Assembly (NCBI GenBank): GCA_905331295.1
Contig: CAJNYD010000369.1
Location: 124,001-180,363, forward strand
Source of the DNA: Rotaria socialis
Taxonomy: Eukaryota
DNA length: 56,363 bases
Reading direction: 5' to 3'
Shown one piece after another: positions 51,459 through 56,363 of this stretch (positions are counted from its first letter, which is position 1; every line of letters starts with the position of its first letter). Below the pieces are notes generated by a model. That model was not told the origin of the DNA, did no database searches, and saw nothing but the letters and a program-made list of their open reading frames with translations. The translations under genes and the position numbers were made by a program.

Positions 51459-53540
51459 TATATATATGTGTGTGTGTTGGAGGGAAAATTAAAATAAACT
51501 CTGATTTCCGGTAAAAATTGAGCTTTCACCAATTTGCTCAGTATCAATTCAGTAAGTAGCATTAACGAAGCTTTTAGTAGAAACAGATCTCTATAGGCTG
51601 TGTTATCTAAAAAAATTTAGATTTCTATCACGTGATTTCAAGAACAAAGGGCATCAAATTTTTCATTTTTTCTCTTGAAATCTAATAAAAAAAACTACGA
51701 AATAATCAACTGATTCAACTAAAAACTACATAGAAAATAAGAAGCAGCAAAGAAAAAAAACTAGTTCTGAGATTTATTTTGATGAGTCCTTTTTTTTAAC
51801 AAAAAATTTTTTTGTAAGTGATCTTTGTTGTTTGAAACCTTTTCAAGGTTGCTTTGTTGTATGACGTTGGAAGGTGCCGAGGAGAAAGTAATTTTTCTGC
51901 AGGTTCTGTTTGCTTCAGAATTTCTCCATCACAAGTGTAGAAAAATCATAATAATCACATTCACTCCGTTTTCGATCCATGAGGTAGTTGGCATACATCT
52001 ACATATTGTTTTTGTGATCTTTACATTGCGCACTATTTAGCATCAATGGTCTGTACTTATCGAAAGAAACTCTTTGTTGGTTCAACCCCGAACACATTGA
52101 CAGAGCGAGTTAAGTATAAGCTTACATAGTGAATCTATCAGATTCATTCATATCTCGTTTTCTCTGAGAATCTTCAACAAAGAGTTTCTATAATCTCATT
52201 CCTAGATTCTAGAAAATGAAAGAAAACCTTTATAAATATTAATGAGTCCCATGAAAAAACTATTCTTTCTTACGATTTTTGGCTAAATATATCTTTCGTA
52301 GAAACGTTCCAAACGCTTTTTTCACGAAACATCCACGACACCTATTTTCTATGGAAATTTTTACTTTTTGCTGTTGAGAAGTCTTCTCTTGTTTGAGTAT
52401 TTGAGAATTATTGGCACTCACACCCTGAAAACATTTGATTTTATTATACAAGCGAAAATTAATTGGCGCAACTCTTCAAATAACTAATTGATCATGAGCA
52501 TCGTTGCTGTTTACAGTATCGTTTTATGCTCTGTTATAAAAATCACTAGAACTTTTCAGAATGAACACATTTTTTGTTCCCATCAACTAGGCATATCTTT
52601 GCAATGCGAACATTTTTTGATGTGCCATTGTACTGATTCAGGATGAAAACTAGAGTTCTAGGACACTTAGCGAGTACTTTTATTCTCTCTAGTGTGCACG
52701 GCATACCGGTCTATCTCTTTTATTTACACTCAAAAAGCAGTCGACACGGACTCGGTTTTCACTATTGGTACAGAAGTTCCCTCTTTCAATGTATGTAAAG
52801 GTAAGCTTGAGAATTTTCTGGATGGGATCGTTGAACCGACAGACGAAGAATCTCATCACTCTCGAGAAGCGCACGAACCATCCCACTGACTATCGACCGC
52901 TACTGATCTTCAGTTACACTCAATTGATGCTTAACTTAAATCTCAATCGACTCATCTTGTCATAATACTATAGTATGTAAAAGAGCAGACATTAAAGATT
53001 CGTTGTGAGGCAAAATTGAGTGAATAATTCAAGAATAGGCAGATCAACGCTAAATACTAGGTCTCATTGGACAATGTCTTGAACCTAGAAATCCATTCTG
53101 TAAAAAGGAACACAAACACCCGTACCCGTATAGGACAAAACTTTAAATGTATTCTTTGGGGTCTTCACGTTAGAGTTTTTACAATATACATTTTGCGACA
53201 TGCGATATATAAACGACGTATACTCCCATTCATGTGCGTCCAGAGTACACGAAGCACAGTAGACTCTATGTGAAGTGTATTTAATAATTTCTGAGCAAAT
53301 CAAGTACGCCTCGATTTTGAAACAAAATAACAATAAGAATCGGGAAAAGTGTGCATAAATTGACTGGGTTCTTGTACAAAATCAACAGACACGAAGGCAC
53401 GTTGTTTATCTTATTTTTATCACCATCAAACGTCTATGTGAGTGATAAGAACGAAAAGAAAAGCCACTTGATCAATTGCGACTGTCAATTTCATCGTCTA
53501 TGTCGACAAGAGTAGGTAATGCTTTTCTTGTGCTTTACTA

Positions 53541-53743
53541 CACTGGTCGAACGAAACTATCCGTAAACGGTCGTAAACGATAATACTACGATTTTTTACG
53601 ATGGGAATTCGGTGTCGTATACGATCCGTAATACTGTCCGTGTTATAATGTCATAATGCGACAGAAAGACGACCGTTTACGGTGAAATAAGGCGCATTTA
53701 TGCTTGCTTACGATAATGTTATGGTGGCTTACGGTGATCCATT
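53541..53743. mobile_element. Degenerate copy of the MITE family at 18740-18926, opposite orientation
   Basis: Shares GGTCGAA..AAAC.ATC.GTAAACGGTCGTA, ACGACCGTTTACGGT and TAATGTTA...TTACGGTG with the reverse complement of 18740-18926. Confidence 0.55.
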
Positions 53744-53999
53744 GTATCTTAGATAATTATTCGAATTGTAATAGCTCCGATCTGTTATGTAATGCAGCAT
53801 GAAACAACTAGACCAGCAAATCTTACGTTAGTAGGAATTTTTTCTAAGATACACTACAATATTACAGAGACTAGTCAGCACTCAACGAAAAGCATTAGGA
53901 ATGTAATGATTCTGCAATATGCGGGCGTGCACCCTCACTATGTTTTTCTTTGCCAAAACCTTGAATATTACTTTCTGTAGATCGTTTCAGTGTTAGTCA

Positions 54000-55170
54000 C
54001 TAGACTGAAACGTATGTGGTGGACATGCTCAAGGCCTATTCCATATTGATATCCTCACATGTATAACGTGCGTAAACCGAACTGTAATATATCTTGGGAA
54101 AGTGCATCCTCCGAGCATTAAGAATGATTTAATTTTGGCGCTTGACAATATGAAGTCTCGAATTCAAATTTGCGAGAATTTTAGTGGTTAGTATGATTTC
54201 GGCCCATGTCTCGCAGTAGCTATATACATTTTTTTCTAATTGCGAAATTCACTTACATCCGTAGACTGTTGGTTCATCTGAGACTAATATACCTTTCAGA
54301 CTGACAGATAAACCGGGAAAAGATTTTATGTTATCAGTCTAAAGTTATATGCAGACTCTTTCATGTCCTCCTCATCTCGAAATTTGATACCTTCGTGATT
54401 AGAATCAAATAAATATGATAGTTGATTAATCTCTCTTCTATCAAACCATACTGCACAAAAAATTTGTGAAAATTAAGAGCACAATAAAAGGAAACGGAAA
54501 TCTATGATCCACGTTGAATATATTGTACTCGTTCGCCTCTCTGAGTACTCCAAGAAGTATAATTAGAGCACCTCGCTTCCCTCTTGCTTCATTTGCAATG
54601 AAATATATGATACCAATATGCATTAGTATGAAGTCAAGTTTCAGTATTACCTTCATTTGACAAAGACGATTGTTTAAAAGCTAGTGCTTTTAAATTTCAA
54701 ATGTTAAATTATAGAATAAGTGCAATGGTGCTATTTTGAAAAAGACATTAATAAGCATTTATAGTTCAAAACAATTTGATTGAGTTTTGTTGACAGAACA
54801 GAGCACATTTAGTATTAAACTAATATATCTTATGTAAGATTCAGATTCACACCCATACGCACTACCCTCAACGTTCCATCTTTTGTATATTGACATCTTA
54901 CACATATATTTTTATGAATCTTTTGAAAATTTTGATTCCATTTAGAGAGTTTTGGATAAATATTATAATCAATGCTGAACCAACCTGATGAGTCTTTCAA
55001 GTACAAGTGAAGTTTTGTGTGATGTTTTGAATTTAATTTCTTATCCTCCCAGTGAAACTTTCCAGGATTTAGTTTTCTAGCAAAAATCAAAATACCTGAT
55101 ACTGTGTTACCTTTAGCAGGGACAAAATCGAGATAATTTTTACTTTATTGTCACCTACAGTCTAACCCTT
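54000..55170 (-). pseudogene. Possible decayed coding sequence of unknown family
   Basis: Successive protein-like minus-strand segments (NYLDFVPAKGNTVSGILIFARK..., FDSNHEGIKFRDEEDMKESAYNFR) broken by stops; family not recognised. Confidence 0.25.
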
Positions 55171-56363
55171 CGACGATTCATTCTTTTTATAGAAACTTCG
55201 TAATTCATATGGGTCCTCTTATGTCGTCGACAGACGTGAAATAAGGGAAAATAAAGCAAATGAAATAGATAACAAAGTAGAAATGATATACGAAATGATA
55301 ACAGTGTTTCTTATTAATACGTTATCTTTTTTGTTGAATTTATATATACTTACGAAGCAGATGCTGAATTTAAGTTTATAAGTGAGATTTTCGCGGTTTT
55401 CCGTTCTCCTCACATCTCACACCTGTTATTGAGTTCGTGAGTTTTCGTATTAGACACTAAATCAATGAATCTTTGGTACTGTAACAAACAATAGCTAACA
55501 AATAGCTATTGTTTATTATGGAGATAGGAATTCAGTAGTACTGTAGTTACAGATTTTAGACATAAAGTACAATTTTACAGAAGAGTTTTTTATTTACGCG
55601 ATTTTGCATTAATTCAGTAAGCCTAAATGAAATATGCGAGTTCCGCATTTTTACTGCATGGGATACGTATATGAATTACACAATAATTCGCGGTAAACAT
55701 AACACTCCACCAGAGACTACAAGCTGCGATAGGTATTATTAGACGGTGTGGGTACCTCAGAAAGATGCAGATTGGCCGAGAGAGATATGAAAGAGCAGCG
55801 GCCTCGTAAAACTTATTGTCTGTTTTCTTTCGCTTCGAATAATGAGTGTGTACAAATATGAATTATTTTATAATTCATGAAATAGCTACGCTGACAATCT
55901 TTCTTACTAAAAACAAATGTTATCGACCAGTAAATCCTAGTGGTATTTGTCCCCGAATATCAGTGGCTGATAAAATAAATATAATAGATAGTAAAAGGAG
56001 AAAAAAGTCTGTGATGATATGCAGATTTATAAATCATATTCTAAGCAATTAGAATTTTTTATCCAATATTTTAATAATTAACTGAAGTAAAATATTCATG
56101 GGTGTGAATGCTATTTCAGGAGCACCGAGCAAAAAGAACCTGAGTATCATGTAAGTATCGTATTCTAAACGGGACTCTGTTCAATGGTAGGGATGAGATT
56201 GTCGTTGCGGGTGTTCATCGTCTCTGGTGCGCGCACCACACCCATTTGTTAAAAGGTTAATATTATTACTTTGTGTTTCTAGATCATTATTTTTACCCTT
56301 ATTATCAATATTTATTCTGATTTTCCAAGACTATGTTGATATCGATCCGTACGTTCGAAGGTA

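Noticed and set aside
56171..56240. tRNA-like start (GTTCAATGGTAG) and palindrome TGGTGCGCGCACCA
   Set aside because: No cloverleaf or B-box; consistent with chance.

Overview
AT-rich eukaryotic genomic DNA with short (about 45-70 nt) spliceosomal introns. The mix of animal genes, fungal/bacterial-type genes, an Athena/Penelope-like retroelement fragment and many MITEs points to a bdelloid rotifer (inference). Apparently intact genes: a two-exon hypothetical protein, a U-box/tyrosine-kinase-like fusion, a FEM-1-like ankyrin protein, a small WW protein, an intronless fungal-type rhomboid protease, a NEDD4-family (Itch/WWP-like) HECT E3 ligase, a GH43 hydrolase, a B-box/coiled-coil protein and a GH114 hydrolase. 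An ANKRD28/44/52-like gene carries a frame-disrupting 34-nt insertion that looks templated from nearby DNA, and there is a GDSL esterase pseudogene. A 7.9-kb Ty3/gypsy LTR retrotransposon has nearly identical LTRs but disabled gag/pol, and it sits inside a multi-layer nest of DNA-transposon derivatives. Also present are a solo LTR and two N-adjacent duplications that are probably assembly artefacts. No prokaryote-style system, CRISPR array or RNA gene is supported. All homology calls come from motif recognition by eye, not database searches.
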